Numbered from the stretch's first letter, positions 30,672 to 40,287 are shown. The stretch: DNA of 64,000 nt from a virus (IMGVR_UViG_3300003310_000099:42295-106294), one strand, 5' to 3'. Notes: generated from the letters alone by a model not told the origin. Translations and numbers: made by a program.

Positions 30672-30780
30672 TTGTCTTGTGTGGTCTACTAGCAATATTG
30701 AAATGCCGTATGGTGCCAATCTAATTGTGATAGATGGACAAAGCAATTACAGTGACTCCTGGTGGCCTTGTGACTAAATA
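30672..30780 (+). pseudogene. start-less duplicated fragment of the 3' end of gene 30173..30628
   Basis: LVWSTSNIEMPYGANLIVIDGQ… versus LVWSTSGIEMSYGPNLINIAAQ… with about 75% nucleotide identity over ~55 nt. There is an in-frame stop upstream and no ATG. Confidence 0.4.
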
Positions 30781-30793
30781 GAGGACATAGGAC

Positions 30794-31156
30794 ATGCGAA
30801 TCTCTGGTACGCCTTTCAGTGATACTGACCCTATAGGGGATGCAAGAAAGAAAATCGGCCCAGAACTTTTTGAATTTTTGTCCAGAGTCGGTGCTATAAC
30901 TAGAGCCGACCTGGACAAAAATCATTCTATCGACATACTTTTCGCCAATACGGTTGAAGAACTTGGTGAATATGCTGCTGCCAGAACCGTAGAGAAAGGT
31001 GTCAAGAAGAAGAAGCTCAAGGAAAATTCTACGGTTGAAGCGGTAGACCTAATCATTTGTTCATTATCTCTTTTCTTCGCCAATGGTGGCACAATGCAAG
31101 ATTTGTGCAAGATTGGCCAAGAAAAGTTGAATAAGTGGGAAGAGAGAGTAAAATGA
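30794..31156 (+). CDS. possible MazG-like all-alpha NTP pyrophosphohydrolase (120 aa)
   Basis: NTVEELGEYAAA … EAVDLIICSLSLF resembles the MazG EExGE…D pattern. Weak. Confidence 0.35.
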   Translation: MRISGTPFSDTDPIGDARKKIGPELFEFLSRVGAITRADLDKNHSIDILFANTVEELGEYAAARTVEKGVKKKKLKENSTVEAVDLIICSLSLFFANGGTMQDLCKIGQEKLNKWEERVK

Positions 31157-31323
31157 CACCGTTGGACAAGCTCAAACAATGGGCCAAGACGCTCAATTTT
31201 GATCCAGATTGGCAAACAAAAGTCGATGCACAAACATCAATTGAAGATTTAGAAAATATGGTTTGCCATCTTACTGCTGAAATCGGTTATCTAAATCTAC
31301 AATACCTTTCACAGTTGATGTAA
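31135..31323 (+). CDS. hypothetical protein (62 aa)
   Basis: ORF. Confidence 0.35.
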   Translation: MGRESKMTPLDKLKQWAKTLNFDPDWQTKVDAQTSIEDLENMVCHLTAEIGYLNLQYLSQLM

Positions 31324-31324
31324 T

Positions 31325-31576
31325 ATGAGTTGGAATTATAGAGTGATGAAGCATGTTGACAAAAACCCGCTTCATCATAAAAATACAGAAATACCAGAAA
31401 CAGAAACTTGGTATGCAATTCATGAAGTCTATTACCATGAAAACAAGGTTGGTTATACAACTAACCCCATTCCTTTAAGTGCCGATACTATCGAAGACCT
31501 GGAATCTGTTTACAGGATGATTGGCGAAGCTTTCAAAAAACCAATTTTAGATTACAAGGAGAACGACAATGGGTGA
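31325..31576 (+). CDS. hypothetical protein (83 aa)
   Basis: ORF. Confidence 0.4.
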   Translation: MSWNYRVMKHVDKNPLHHKNTEIPETETWYAIHEVYYHENKVGYTTNPIPLSADTIEDLESVYRMIGEAFKKPILDYKENDNG

Positions 31577-32453
31577 GAACACTTTGAAGGCGGGCTGTTT
31601 TACAATAGTTGGGGCAGGTATTCTTTCTGTGTTGGCGTTCGGTTTTTGGTTTTTGAACAGTAGTAATCCAGACACACCAGCAGGTTATGTTGGGTATCAG
31701 ACCCAAGGCGCGATGTTTGGGCAAGGTTCTTTCTATGGAACTCAGAAAGGTCCAGCATCCCCAGGCCGTACCTGGATGCTTAAGAGTTTCCCTGTAAGTA
31801 TTACCCCTTATACTTATGGTGAAGATTTTTCTGGTGAAAGTGAAGTCCTTTCTAAGGACAATTTGAAAATCAATTACAGAGTCCATTTAGTCTGGCGTAT
31901 CAAGGAAGATGCTGTAAAGGATGCAGTTGAAAAGTATTCCACCATTGACACAACTGGCAAGGCACAAGACCCAGAAAAAGTTGTCAAGGATATTTACAAC
32001 AACTATCTCAAAGAGCCATTCAGGACTTTTAGCCGTGACGAAGTGCAGAAGTTAGAATGGCAGAGGATCAAAGAACAGCAGGTTGTTATTGGCAACAACA
32101 TTAAGAACAATATGCTTGCTCTGACAAAGGACGCACCTTTTGAAATTATTAGCGTGAATGTAGGCAATATTCAATATCCCAAGGTTGTATCCGATGCAGT
32201 TGCTGATAATCTCGCCACTACTCAGCATTTGGAGAAGGAGAGAAAGGATGCGGAGCGTCGTATTGTGCAGGCTGAGGCTATCGCAAAAGCTATGGATATC
32301 ATCAATCAGAAGTTAACTCCTAATTACCTACAGCATGAGGCTATTGAGGCACAGAAGGCTATGGTTAATAGTCAAAATCACACTGTAATCTACATTCCTG
32401 TGGGCAATATGGGTGTCCCACTTGTTGGAACCTTGGATATGAGTAAAAAATGA
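31569..32453 (+). CDS. SPFH/band-7 (prohibitin/HflK-like) membrane protein
   Basis: 294 aa. N-terminal TM helix, then an SPFH-like region and an Ala/Glu/Lys-rich coiled coil (RIVQAEAIAKAMDIINQKL…AIEAQKAMV). Confidence 0.6.
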   Translation: MGENTLKAGCFTIVGAGILSVLAFGFWFLNSSNPDTPAGYVGYQTQGAMFGQGSFYGTQKGPASPGRTWMLKSFPVSITPYTYGEDFSGESEVLSKDNLKINYRVHLVWRIKEDAVKDAVEKYSTIDTTGKAQDPEKVVKDIYNNYLKEPFRTFSRDEVQKLEWQRIKEQQVVIGNNIKNNMLALTKDAPFEIISVNVGNIQYPKVVSDAVADNLATTQHLEKERKDAERRIVQAEAIAKAMDIINQKLTPNYLQHEAIEAQKAMVNSQNHTVIYIPVGNMGVPLVGTLDMSKK

Positions 32454-32576
32454 ATGAAGAAGTAGAAGCTTTGAAGAAAGAGAATGCACAGTTAAAGGTT
32501 GTAATCAAAGAGTTGAGAAATCAACTCGAAGCCTACAAATATCAATCCAAACGGAATTATTACTTGGAGCAAGACC

Positions 32577-32903
32577 ATGTGTCCTATCCAGACGAAGACA
32601 GAGGTAGAGAATAAGAGGGATACACAATATAATGGAATTTATGTTAGATTCCATTATATAGAAGGTAATGGCGGCTTTATTAAGATCAGAAAGAAAACCA
32701 GAAAGGCAGAAATTTGTCCAATCTGCCTCAAGGCATTAGAAGAATCTGACAATCTTTATCTGGTCATGAGCAACCAAGCTGGTATTCCTAATCGGGTCTT
32801 GCACGAAGACTGTGTGACTTCTCCACAGGAAACGATCAACAAACTTGCTGATTTGTATAAAGAAGCAAAAATTATGCACAAGCAATTTTGGCATTGGTTC
32901 TAA
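32577..32903 (+). CDS. hypothetical protein (108 aa)
   Basis: ORF. CPICLKAL motif. Confidence 0.4.
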   Translation: MCPIQTKTEVENKRDTQYNGIYVRFHYIEGNGGFIKIRKKTRKAEICPICLKALEESDNLYLVMSNQAGIPNRVLHEDCVTSPQETINKLADLYKEAKIMHKQFWHWF

Positions 32904-32910
32904 ATAATGT

Positions 32911-33453
32911 ATGGCAGAAACTAGAAAAGCTCATGACCGTAGGGTAAGAGAAAATTGGTTTGAGAAGTATGCCCCTCCTTATAAATCAGGGATTGATTTA
33001 GGATGTGGGCATGACCCATTAAATCAAACATTCCGAAGATTTGACTGTGCTTTTGGTGATGGTGATGCTCAATTAATGCATGGAACGATGGATAATCAGT
33101 TCCATACGGTGTACGCCAGTCACCTTTTGGAGCATGTGGTAAATCCTATTGAAGCAGTTTTTAACTGGTTCAGGATTTGCAGGAGTCCAGGGCATGTAAT
33201 CATTTGTGTGCCTCATAGAGATTTATATGAGAAGAAGAAAACCCTTCCAAGCAGGTGGAATGGCGACCACAAAACATTCTGGTTGCCAGAGAATGGGGAA
33301 GGGCCAGTAACGATGGGCTTGAGGAATGTGATCTTGCAAGCAGTGCCCAATGCTGATATAGTTTCTTTGAGAGTGTTAGATGAAGGTTGGGTCCAAAATG
33401 GGGATGGTCATTCTGGTGGAGAATATAGCATAGAAGCTATTATTAGAAAATGA
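32911..33453 (+). CDS. class I SAM-dependent methyltransferase
   Basis: Motif I GIDLGCGHD. Size typical of the Methyltransf_11/23 family. Confidence 0.65.
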   Translation: MAETRKAHDRRVRENWFEKYAPPYKSGIDLGCGHDPLNQTFRRFDCAFGDGDAQLMHGTMDNQFHTVYASHLLEHVVNPIEAVFNWFRICRSPGHVIICVPHRDLYEKKKTLPSRWNGDHKTFWLPENGEGPVTMGLRNVILQAVPNADIVSLRVLDEGWVQNGDGHSGGEYSIEAIIRK

Positions 33454-33839
33454 AACATTTAATATTGGTTTTGGCTTTGTTTACTGTAGGTTGCGGAGAT
33501 GTTAGAATTCCGCATAGACAAATTATAATACAAGGAAGGGATACAGTTCAGATCGCTCCAGCCCCTGAAGTTTCCGTTGAAATAGAAACTTTGAAGACTG
33601 AGTACAAGGAAGTGTGGCAGTTGATTAAAGAGACTGATGAAGAATGGGTTCAAGTTCGTAAAAAGATGGATGAAGTTGCAGTAAAGATGGTGATGGCAAA
33701 AACCGCTGAAGAATCTTTTGATTATGCTAAAGAACATGCGGAACTCAGTCGGCGTGAAAAGATTCTTTGGAAACAATGGGGTGATGCCCTCGAAAAGAGA
33801 CGCAAGATAATTGAAAGAATAGAGCGATTGGTTAAATAA
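33450..33839 (+). CDS. secreted/lipoprotein-like coiled-coil protein (129 aa)
   Basis: MKHLILVLALFTVGCGD N-terminus. Confidence 0.45.
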   Translation: MKHLILVLALFTVGCGDVRIPHRQIIIQGRDTVQIAPAPEVSVEIETLKTEYKEVWQLIKETDEEWVQVRKKMDEVAVKMVMAKTAEESFDYAKEHAELSRREKILWKQWGDALEKRRKIIERIERLVK

Positions 33840-33911
33840 GGCTCGCTAGTGTAATGGACAGCGCACAACGCTTCGAACGTTGAGGTAGGGGTTCAATTCC
33901 TCTGCGGGCTA
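33840..33911 (+). tRNA. tRNA-Arg (TCG)
   Basis: Acceptor ggctcgc/gcgggct, anticodon arm caacg-ctTCGaa-cgttg, T-arm aggggTTCAATTcctct. Confidence 0.55.
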
Positions 33912-33913
33912 CT

Positions 33914-34147
33914 ATGACGTTAGTGCTTAGTTATGAGATTGATTTTCAAGATTCGGCTGGTAACTTACTAAATGCCGATGCGGATGTTAATTTCCCAAAT
34001 ATACTAGAAGGGCCACAATTCCCAGAAAACGCTTGTGATGAAACCGCCAGAAGGTACTTAATTAGTAAAATTTTGGCTGAAGGTGGTCGAGTTATCAAGT
34101 TGAGTAAGGCTGGGCATAAGTGGAAAGAATATGAAGAAGGTGATTAA
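33914..34147 (+). CDS. hypothetical protein (77 aa)
   Basis: ATG 3 nt after the tRNA. Confidence 0.4.
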   Translation: MTLVLSYEIDFQDSAGNLLNADADVNFPNILEGPQFPENACDETARRYLISKILAEGGRVIKLSKAGHKWKEYEEGD

Positions 34148-34363
34148 ATGGAACAAGGTACTATTTTAGCGGTTCATTTTAAATCTGATGAATATTTGCA
34201 GTTTATAAATTTCTGTTTTTCTAATGTATTAATATCAGGGGCACAGGTCAAGGTTATTAATGCGATTCCTGTAGAAACAGTTGTATTTATAACATTAGCA
34301 GCACCAGGCATTGATAGGATTGACCGAGCGGTTGTAAAATTTCACGGGCACATAGTCCTATGA
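34148..34363 (+). CDS. hypothetical protein (71 aa)
   Basis: ORF. Confidence 0.4.
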   Translation: MEQGTILAVHFKSDEYLQFINFCFSNVLISGAQVKVINAIPVETVVFITLAAPGIDRIDRAVVKFHGHIVL

Positions 34364-34707
34364 ACATCCCTTATACAATTAAAAGCGGACCAACTACTGG
34401 TGAAACTGAATGGCATTACATCCATGACTTCTTTAATGGATTTGGATACTGCAAAAATGAACAACATGTTTGGCTAAATGACTTGCATTTTCTTGGGCTA
34501 ACAAGTGTTAGGGCTGAGGAATTAGATGATATTTATTTAAAACTTCAGCCTTTTATTGAAGAAAGATTGGGAAAAATACAAAAATGGCATGAGGAGCATC
34601 CTTTTAAGATTCCGACTACTTTCAGGGTGCCAAATATCAAAAAACAATATCCACAGTTACTTGCGGAGGATTTGTGTAAGGATAGTTTGAAACATGATCT
34701 TGACTGA
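34360..34707 (+). CDS. hypothetical protein (115 aa)
   Basis: ORF. Confidence 0.45.
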   Translation: MNIPYTIKSGPTTGETEWHYIHDFFNGFGYCKNEQHVWLNDLHFLGLTSVRAEELDDIYLKLQPFIEERLGKIQKWHEEHPFKIPTTFRVPNIKKQYPQLLAEDLCKDSLKHDLD

Positions 34708-35326
34708 GAAGTTTGTTTGGTTTCACATTGGCAAGACAGCAGGGAAAGCAACCATAAGACTTTTTAAATATGTGCTGGATGAAATAGGAGAAAGTTATGA
34801 GCAGCTTAAGTTTCATCATATATTAACATCAGATGATCCGAGGGTTGAAAATAAATTACTTGTAAGTAATATAAGACGTTTGCCAGAATGGTACTTAAGT
34901 TATGCCCACCATAGAAGAATCATTGACAACGTTCCAGTTCCTCCAGCCGATTGTTTTGTAGAAGGAGACTACACTAATTGGTTTTATGGTGGTAGTGGGC
35001 ACGACATGACGGGAAATGATATACATGTTCCTTTTCGTATTTTGGCTGATTCATACTTGAAACACATGCGTTTATTGGGCGAGCATTTTCATTGGATTAG
35101 AGCAGAGTATTATCCAGAAGATGCTTTAAAGTTTCTGAAGAAACTTTATCCAATTGGTGAGGCTCTTAAAAAAAGGGTTTACGATAATTTTGTGGTAAAA
35201 GAAGAACATGAATATGCCCACAATGTACGAGATTTTTTCACCAATGAACAAATAAATATGATGTATATCAATAATCCTTCATGGGCGGAATTGGAACGAC
35301 AGTATTACGGAGATTATTTCGCCTAG
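34694..35326 (+). CDS. hypothetical protein (210 aa)
   Basis: ORF. Confidence 0.45.
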   Translation: MILTEKFVWFHIGKTAGKATIRLFKYVLDEIGESYEQLKFHHILTSDDPRVENKLLVSNIRRLPEWYLSYAHHRRIIDNVPVPPADCFVEGDYTNWFYGGSGHDMTGNDIHVPFRILADSYLKHMRLLGEHFHWIRAEYYPEDALKFLKKLYPIGEALKKRVYDNFVVKEEHEYAHNVRDFFTNEQINMMYINNPSWAELERQYYGDYFA

Positions 35327-35344
35327 TTTACTCTAATATCATCT

Positions 35345-35417
35345 GGGGGTCTAGCTCATTTGGGAGAGCGTCTGGTTTGCAACCAGAAGGTGAGGGGATC
35401 GTAACCCCTGACCTCCA
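35345..35417 (+). tRNA. tRNA-Ala (TGC) with non-canonical T-loop ATCGTAA
   Basis: Acceptor gggggtc/gacctcc, D-stem gctc/gagc, anticodon arm tctgg-ttTGCaa-ccaga, T-arm agggg-ATCGTAA-cccct. Confidence 0.55.
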
Positions 35418-35419
35418 CT

Positions 35420-36007
35420 ATGGAAAAATTAAATAGAAGAGAATTACTTAGTGCTGCAATTCCTGCTGCACTAGGAGCTACAGCAGTAGCAACCGTCTCA
35501 GAATTACCTGCGGCAATTATAGGAACACAAGCTGTTCCCCCTATTAATATGGGTCTTGGCGAACTTGGAAGTGCTAAGAACACTTTTGTTCGAGAATTTA
35601 GATTCTTGTTTTGGTTCGACCATATGGGTTCAGAATTTAATCATTCTATAAATTTCGATAGAGTGAAGAAAGAGATTAAGTTCAAGAACTACGAAATATA
35701 CAGGGATGGCAAGGTCTTGCTTCAGGATTGGCTTGATGCTATGGTAAATGGTGCTTTCCGAAGTGAAACAATGACTTTGGCAACGTATGATGGTTGTGGT
35801 GTAGAACTGTATCGTAAGAGATTTACAGGTTTAAAAGTCAAGGGCTGTGTTAGCACTTTTAATTGTGCTTCATCTGAATGTTCTATGCCAGAAATATGTT
35901 TGTCTTATGAAACTTATGAGGACGTTCCTGTTGGAAGTGAAAAACACCCGACACAGGTAAAGCCAATCCAGGTAGACCATTTGAACGGTAGGACTTGGAG
36001 AGATTAA
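35420..36007 (+). CDS. secreted protein with twin-arginine (Tat) signal peptide
   Basis: MEKLNRRELLSAAIPAALGATAVA. ATG 3 nt after the tRNA. Confidence 0.5.
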   Translation: MEKLNRRELLSAAIPAALGATAVATVSELPAAIIGTQAVPPINMGLGELGSAKNTFVREFRFLFWFDHMGSEFNHSINFDRVKKEIKFKNYEIYRDGKVLLQDWLDAMVNGAFRSETMTLATYDGCGVELYRKRFTGLKVKGCVSTFNCASSECSMPEICLSYETYEDVPVGSEKHPTQVKPIQVDHLNGRTWRD

Positions 36008-36146
36008 TGGACCTTGAAGAACAACTTGCCGAAAGTTTCAAAGCCTTACATGATTTCATAGAACACAGCATGTGGGTGTATGATAATTTAGGTGGCAGGC
36101 TGATTGTCGAAGAAATGAAACAAATCAACCCAAAGTTTGATAGTGG

Positions 36147-36219
36147 GCGCGATTAACTCAGCGGCTAGAGTGCTTGCTTTACACGCAAGAAGTCGGGGGT
36201 TCGAATCCCTCATCGCGTA
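36147..36219 (+). tRNA. tRNA-Val (TAC), second copy
   Basis: Acceptor gcgcgat/atcgcgt, D-stem gctc/gagt, anticodon arm cttgc-ttTACac-gcaag, T-arm gggggTTCGAATccctc. Confidence 0.6.
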
Positions 36220-36221
36220 TT

Positions 36222-36410
36222 ATGCTAGACGATAAATTAGATCGGTTTGACTCAATAGCATTGTTCTGCTGCACGAATGATTTCTATAAGAGATTGCCTG
36301 TTGGTCAAGCTGTAGAGAAGTTGCCTGAAGCCACAAAGGAATTCCTTAGAACGCTGAAGTCCGATGACTTCAAGAATCTAAGGTTTGATTATGTGAAAGG
36401 ATTGCTGTAA
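36222..36410 (+). CDS. hypothetical protein (62 aa)
   Basis: Internal ATG 3 nt after the tRNA; the track start lies inside the tRNA. Confidence 0.4.
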   Translation: MLDDKLDRFDSIALFCCTNDFYKRLPVGQAVEKLPEATKEFLRTLKSDDFKNLRFDYVKGLL

Positions 36411-36868
36411 TGCCAATGGTTTTATTGTGCATTTTGACCACTCTTCTAGGTCTTGCTGGAATAATTTGGCTTATTTTTTGCATTATTGATCGTAATAAAG
36501 ACCAGTTGCCTTTGCCATCTATGATGATAATTGTGGCATTGGGCGGTCTTATATGGGTGCTTATTAGTGCTACCATGCCGCTTGAAATTGCCCGTGAAGA
36601 AATCTACAATCCTGTTGTTGCCAATTATGAAAACGGTACAAGAATCCAGACAATCCGTGTTCACTCAGAAATCATCAATATTAACAACATTTTTGGCGGC
36701 TATCTCGCAGAAGATAAAGCTGTTAAAAAGGTTTACTACCGAGAGTGGTATGCAGGTCTGTGGTATCAGATCGAAACTAAGTATTTTATAGTAGATAAGA
36801 AAAAAGAGGATGTGGGTAAGGAAAGTCCTAAACAACCTAAACTTGAAGGTCAGTCTTCTTCACCGTAA
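36410..36868 (+). CDS. membrane protein (2 TM helices)
   Basis: 152 aa with two N-terminal hydrophobic helices. Confidence 0.45.
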   Translation: MPMVLLCILTTLLGLAGIIWLIFCIIDRNKDQLPLPSMMIIVALGGLIWVLISATMPLEIAREEIYNPVVANYENGTRIQTIRVHSEIININNIFGGYLAEDKAVKKVYYREWYAGLWYQIETKYFIVDKKKEDVGKESPKQPKLEGQSSSP

Positions 36869-37031
36869 GTGTATACTTTTGGGTGAAAATGCTGTTCATT
36901 ATGAAAAGCACATCAACTAAATCATAATCAACATTGACAATAGTGCCGTACATACCGAAAAACCTTAGATCATTACCAATGTATTTGACTCTTTTACCTA
37001 TTTTATAACGGTCTAACCAAAAGTTTTTCAT

Positions 37032-38000
37032 ATGTTTTTCAATCCACTGCTACCAATTGAAGAAGCTTGTACCCTTCCATCTATTTATTACACCAAGCCT
37101 CTTGATGAGTCCAAGATTTTTAACAGGTCTTGGCAATTTGTTGGACACACCTATGCTTTACAGAATATAGGTGATAGCTTCACTTCACAGATAGCCAATG
37201 AACCACTCTTAATTGTCAAGAACGAGAATGGCATTGAAGCCTTGTCAAATGTGTGCAGACACCGTGGCACCATACTATCCGATGGTGGTAGTTGTAAAAA
37301 ATTAGTATGTCCTTACCACGGCTGGACCTACTCACTGACAGGTGAATTGTTGGGCTGCACTGAATTTGAAGGCGTCAATATCAATAAACACAATAATGGC
37401 TTGCCTAAGTTTGAAGTTCTAGTGCGGGAGCCGTTTATATTCGTCAATATAAATAACAGATATGGAACGTCATTCGATTTGCCAGAGTTGGATTATTGGT
37501 TCCATAGTACCAAGACCTACGACATAAAATGCAACTGGAAGGTATATGTTGATAACTATTTAGATGGTGGTTATCATATAAAGTACGCTCATAAGTCTCT
37601 TGCCAAGGCTGTTAATGATGCTGAGTACAAGACTTCCATTAATGATATGATTGTCACTCAAACCGCACCGTTAGATGGTAGTGATTTAAGAAAAGGCACT
37701 GCTCAATATATTTGGGTGTTTCCTAACTTCATGGTCAATATCTCCGATGAAGCAATGGACACCAATTTGGTCATACCTGTCGATAAGGATAATTGCAAAG
37801 TCGTATTTGATTTCTACTTTAAATGTGCAGGGAACATAGCTCAAAGCTTAGAGCTTTCAGAGAAGATTCAGCAGGAAGATATTGAAATATGTGAGAGGGC
37901 ACAACAGGGAATGAAGAGTAATTTTTATGAATCTGGGAGATTCGCAAAAAGAGAAATTGGTGTTTATCACTTCCACAAACTTATAAACTTATATTTATAA
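37032..38000 (+). CDS. Rieske [2Fe-2S] non-heme iron oxygenase, alpha-subunit-like
   Basis: Rieske motif CRHRG…(17 aa)…CPYHGW, followed by a catalytic-domain-sized C-terminus (322 aa). Confidence 0.7.
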   Translation: MFFNPLLPIEEACTLPSIYYTKPLDESKIFNRSWQFVGHTYALQNIGDSFTSQIANEPLLIVKNENGIEALSNVCRHRGTILSDGGSCKKLVCPYHGWTYSLTGELLGCTEFEGVNINKHNNGLPKFEVLVREPFIFVNINNRYGTSFDLPELDYWFHSTKTYDIKCNWKVYVDNYLDGGYHIKYAHKSLAKAVNDAEYKTSINDMIVTQTAPLDGSDLRKGTAQYIWVFPNFMVNISDEAMDTNLVIPVDKDNCKVVFDFYFKCAGNIAQSLELSEKIQQEDIEICERAQQGMKSNFYESGRFAKREIGVYHFHKLINLYL

Positions 38001-38380
38001 TGGTATACTACTTATTTTTTCTACATTGGGTCGGTGATTTCGTATTTCAACATCGCTGGATGGCTAATAATAAGAGCCATAATCGGTGGGCGTTGATGCT
38101 ACACTGTTTTGTGTATTCTGCCACTTTAGGTGGTGGCTTATACTGGTTGCGGCCTGAATATGTTACTTTGCCAGAGTTTGGTTTGTTTATATTCTTTAAC
38201 CTTTGCGCTCATTACTTGACAGATTCGATTACAAGCAAAATTACGTCTTATTTGTATAGTAAACAGCAATTTTATTTGTTCTTTGTTGTGATTGGCCTCG
38301 ATCAATTAATACATATTTCAACTCTATTATTGAGTTGTCAGTTTATAATTGAAAGGGCGGGTCACAAATGGCTAATATAA
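38000..38380 (+). CDS. hypothetical membrane protein (126 aa)
   Basis: Four hydrophobic segments. HWVGDFVFQHRW motif. Confidence 0.45.
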   Translation: MVYYLFFLHWVGDFVFQHRWMANNKSHNRWALMLHCFVYSATLGGGLYWLRPEYVTLPEFGLFIFFNLCAHYLTDSITSKITSYLYSKQQFYLFFVVIGLDQLIHISTLLLSCQFIIERAGHKWLI

Positions 38381-38799
38381 AGAAGTATAAGAGGCTAAGG
38401 AAAGTGGGCTATACCATACTTGGTCTTTATAAGATGGGTAAGTTGGATGGTATGACCCCAGACGAAATAGTAGCGATGTTAGACAAGGTATTGACGGATT
38501 ACGGCCATGATAGAATAGTTAAGTTTATGCGGAGAATGGAGTTTGGTGAAGAAGATTGCATGATCTGCCAGAAGATTTTTGTAGATAAGCCAGGAGAATG
38601 GTGTAGTCAAAATTGTCCAGAGTGCCAGAAGAACATTAATGAAATGTGGGAAAAGATTCATGATGAGTTGGGGGATGAGGAATTAAATTCAGAAGAAATG
38701 GGGAGTATGTTTGCTCTGGTTACACTTGGGGCAATTGCGAAATCGGTGGAGCGAGATAGCTTAGCTGTACCGAGTGAAATAAAGCCTCCTGTTGCATAA
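38368..38799 (+). CDS. hypothetical protein (143 aa)
   Basis: CMICQK…CPECQK zinc-ribbon motifs. The 3' end contains a copy of the TTAGCTGTACC motif. Confidence 0.45.
   Translation: MANIKKYKRLRKVGYTILGLYKMGKLDGMTPDEIVAMLDKVLTDYGHDRIVKFMRRMEFGEEDCMICQKIFVDKPGEWCSQNCPECQKNINEMWEKIHDELGDEELNSEEMGSMFALVTLGAIAKSVERDSLAVPSEIKPPVA
38754..38780 (+). promoter_or_regulatory. conserved motif copy 6 (GAGATAGCTTAGCTGTACCGAGTG)
   Basis: Within the last 15 codons of ORF 38368..38799. Confidence 0.4.
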
Positions 38800-38806
38800 A
38801 TAATTC

Positions 38807-39121
38807 ATGAACTTCCATGAATTCGTTAGAAACAAAGATGTTGAGTTTTGCGAAGAACGCAAAAAAGGTGCTGCCAAGATAGCTAGAGAAGCGACCGCAA
38901 AAGGTGGATATGCTCGCTTGACAGGATGGCATTTTAGTGCTAAATTACCAGAGTACACTCAATGCACAAATGACATTGGTAACAAGAACAAGGATTACTA
39001 CAAACAAAAGATGATTAGTTTCCTGAAAGCGGCAATGTCTTCGACTAATCAGAAACATTTTCAGGAATTAATGGGGAAGGCAGAAGTTTGGGGCGAAGTG
39101 TATTTTGAGTTGAAGCACTAA
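38807..39121 (+). CDS. hypothetical protein (104 aa)
   Basis: ORF. Confidence 0.45.
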   Translation: MNFHEFVRNKDVEFCEERKKGAAKIAREATAKGGYARLTGWHFSAKLPEYTQCTNDIGNKNKDYYKQKMISFLKAAMSSTNQKHFQELMGKAEVWGEVYFELKH

Positions 39122-39123
39122 TT

Positions 39124-39207
39124 GTCTGCGTGGTCGAGTGGTTGATGGCATCAGACTGCAAATCTGACGGGCGCAAGCCCCGCGTAGGTTCGAATCCTAC
39201 CGCAGAC
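39124..39207 (+). tRNA. type II tRNA (16-nt variable arm) with anticodon read as GCA
   Basis: 84 nt. Acceptor gtctgcg/cgcagac perfect. D-stem gtc/ggc. Perfect anticodon arm tcaga-ctGCAaa-tctga. Variable arm cgggcGCAAgccccgc. T-arm gtaggTTCGAATcctac. Confidence 0.55.
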
Positions 39208-39212
39208 TTTAT

Positions 39213-39629
39213 ATGGAAAAGAAGTGTCCCAAATGTGGAGAGGTTAAAGATCAGTCACAATTTAGGACAAGTGTAAGCAGAAAGAGTGGGTTGCAGTCTT
39301 ATTGCATAATTTGTGACAAAGAAAAACAGAGACTTCATTATTTGCAAAACAAGGAACGGTATATTAAGAAGTCTCACGAAACTGCAAGAAGGAAAGCCAA
39401 TTGGTGGAAACAGTATAAGAAAACTTTAAAATGCAATAGGTGCCCAGAAAGCCATCCTGCATGTTTGCAATTTCATCATGTTGATCCTTCTAAAAAAGAG
39501 GTTGCTATATCAAAAGTGGTTAGATTTTGGAGTATTAAACGTATTATGCAAGAATTAGAAAAATGCGAAGTCATATGCTCTAATTGCCATTTTAAGGAAC
39601 ATTGGATAGATATACCTGACGACTCTTGA
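39213..39629 (+). CDS. HNH homing endonuclease (zinc-finger type)
   Basis: 138 aa. CPKCGE…CIICD, LQFHHVD and CSNCH motifs. Starts 6 nt after the type II tRNA. Confidence 0.8.
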   Translation: MEKKCPKCGEVKDQSQFRTSVSRKSGLQSYCIICDKEKQRLHYLQNKERYIKKSHETARRKANWWKQYKKTLKCNRCPESHPACLQFHHVDPSKKEVAISKVVRFWSIKRIMQELEKCEVICSNCHFKEHWIDIPDDS

Positions 39630-39638
39630 GGAATAGCT

Positions 39639-39818
39639 ATGAAAGAATACTATTTAGTGCCAGTAGAAATGATTAAGTCGCTTAATGAATTGAAAAAAAG
39701 CATGTCGTACATGCGAAGTCATAACACTGGCTCTGGTGAGCATAGGGGAGATGTGGCTGCTAGAATTGAATTATATGAAAAAATTAAGCAATGTAAAAAG
39801 ATTGAGTTAGAGGATTGA
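39639..39818 (+). CDS. hypothetical protein (59 aa)
   Basis: Below the track cut-off. Confidence 0.3.
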   Translation: MKEYYLVPVEMIKSLNELKKSMSYMRSHNTGSGEHRGDVAARIELYEKIKQCKKIELED

Positions 39819-39822
39819 AAAT

Positions 39823-40023
39823 ATGATTCCAGGTGAAGCTCAAGCAGCGATGCGGGGCCGTGATGCACATGATGCGTTTTTGAAACGCCACCACCGCGTT
39901 GAATTCTTTAATAGCATAAAAGAAGTAAGTGTAGATACCCTAAAAGGATACATCGCAAGAATCCAAGAAGAAATTGATTTACGAGAAAAGCAGGAAATAG
40001 AACGTCATAATTACAATATATAG
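39823..40023 (+). CDS. hypothetical protein (66 aa)
   Basis: ORF. Confidence 0.4.
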   Translation: MIPGEAQAAMRGRDAHDAFLKRHHRVEFFNSIKEVSVDTLKGYIARIQEEIDLREKQEIERHNYNI

Positions 40024-40033
40024 GGTTTGAAAT

Positions 40034-40201
40034 ATGAAGGTGTTTATATTAGATAATCACGATGCCAGGTGGGTGCTATACGGTAATGATGTATTGCAGT
40101 CGCTCGGATATGAGTTAGAGAATATGGAACCTGGCGACGATATCAGTATTGAATGTAAGGAAATGACGGAAGCAGAAGTAGAAGCAATACCAGAAATGTA
40201 A
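40034..40201 (+). CDS. hypothetical acidic protein (55 aa)
   Basis: Below the track cut-off. Confidence 0.3.
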   Translation: MKVFILDNHDARWVLYGNDVLQSLGYELENMEPGDDISIECKEMTEAEVEAIPEM

Positions 40202-40204
40202 GAA

Positions 40205-40284
40205 TGGTCCCGTAGTCTAATGGAGAGGCAACAGTTTCCTAAACTGTGGCGCAAGCCAATGCAGGTTCGAATCCTGTCGGGACT
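40205..40284 (+). tRNA. type II-like tRNA (13-nt GCAA-capped variable arm) with anticodon read as CCT
   Basis: Acceptor ggtcccg/cgggact, D-stem gtc/ggc, perfect anticodon arm acagt-ttCCTaa-actgt, variable arm ggcGCAAgccaat, T-arm gcaggTTCGAATcctgt. Confidence 0.5.
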
Positions 40285-40287
40285 ACT

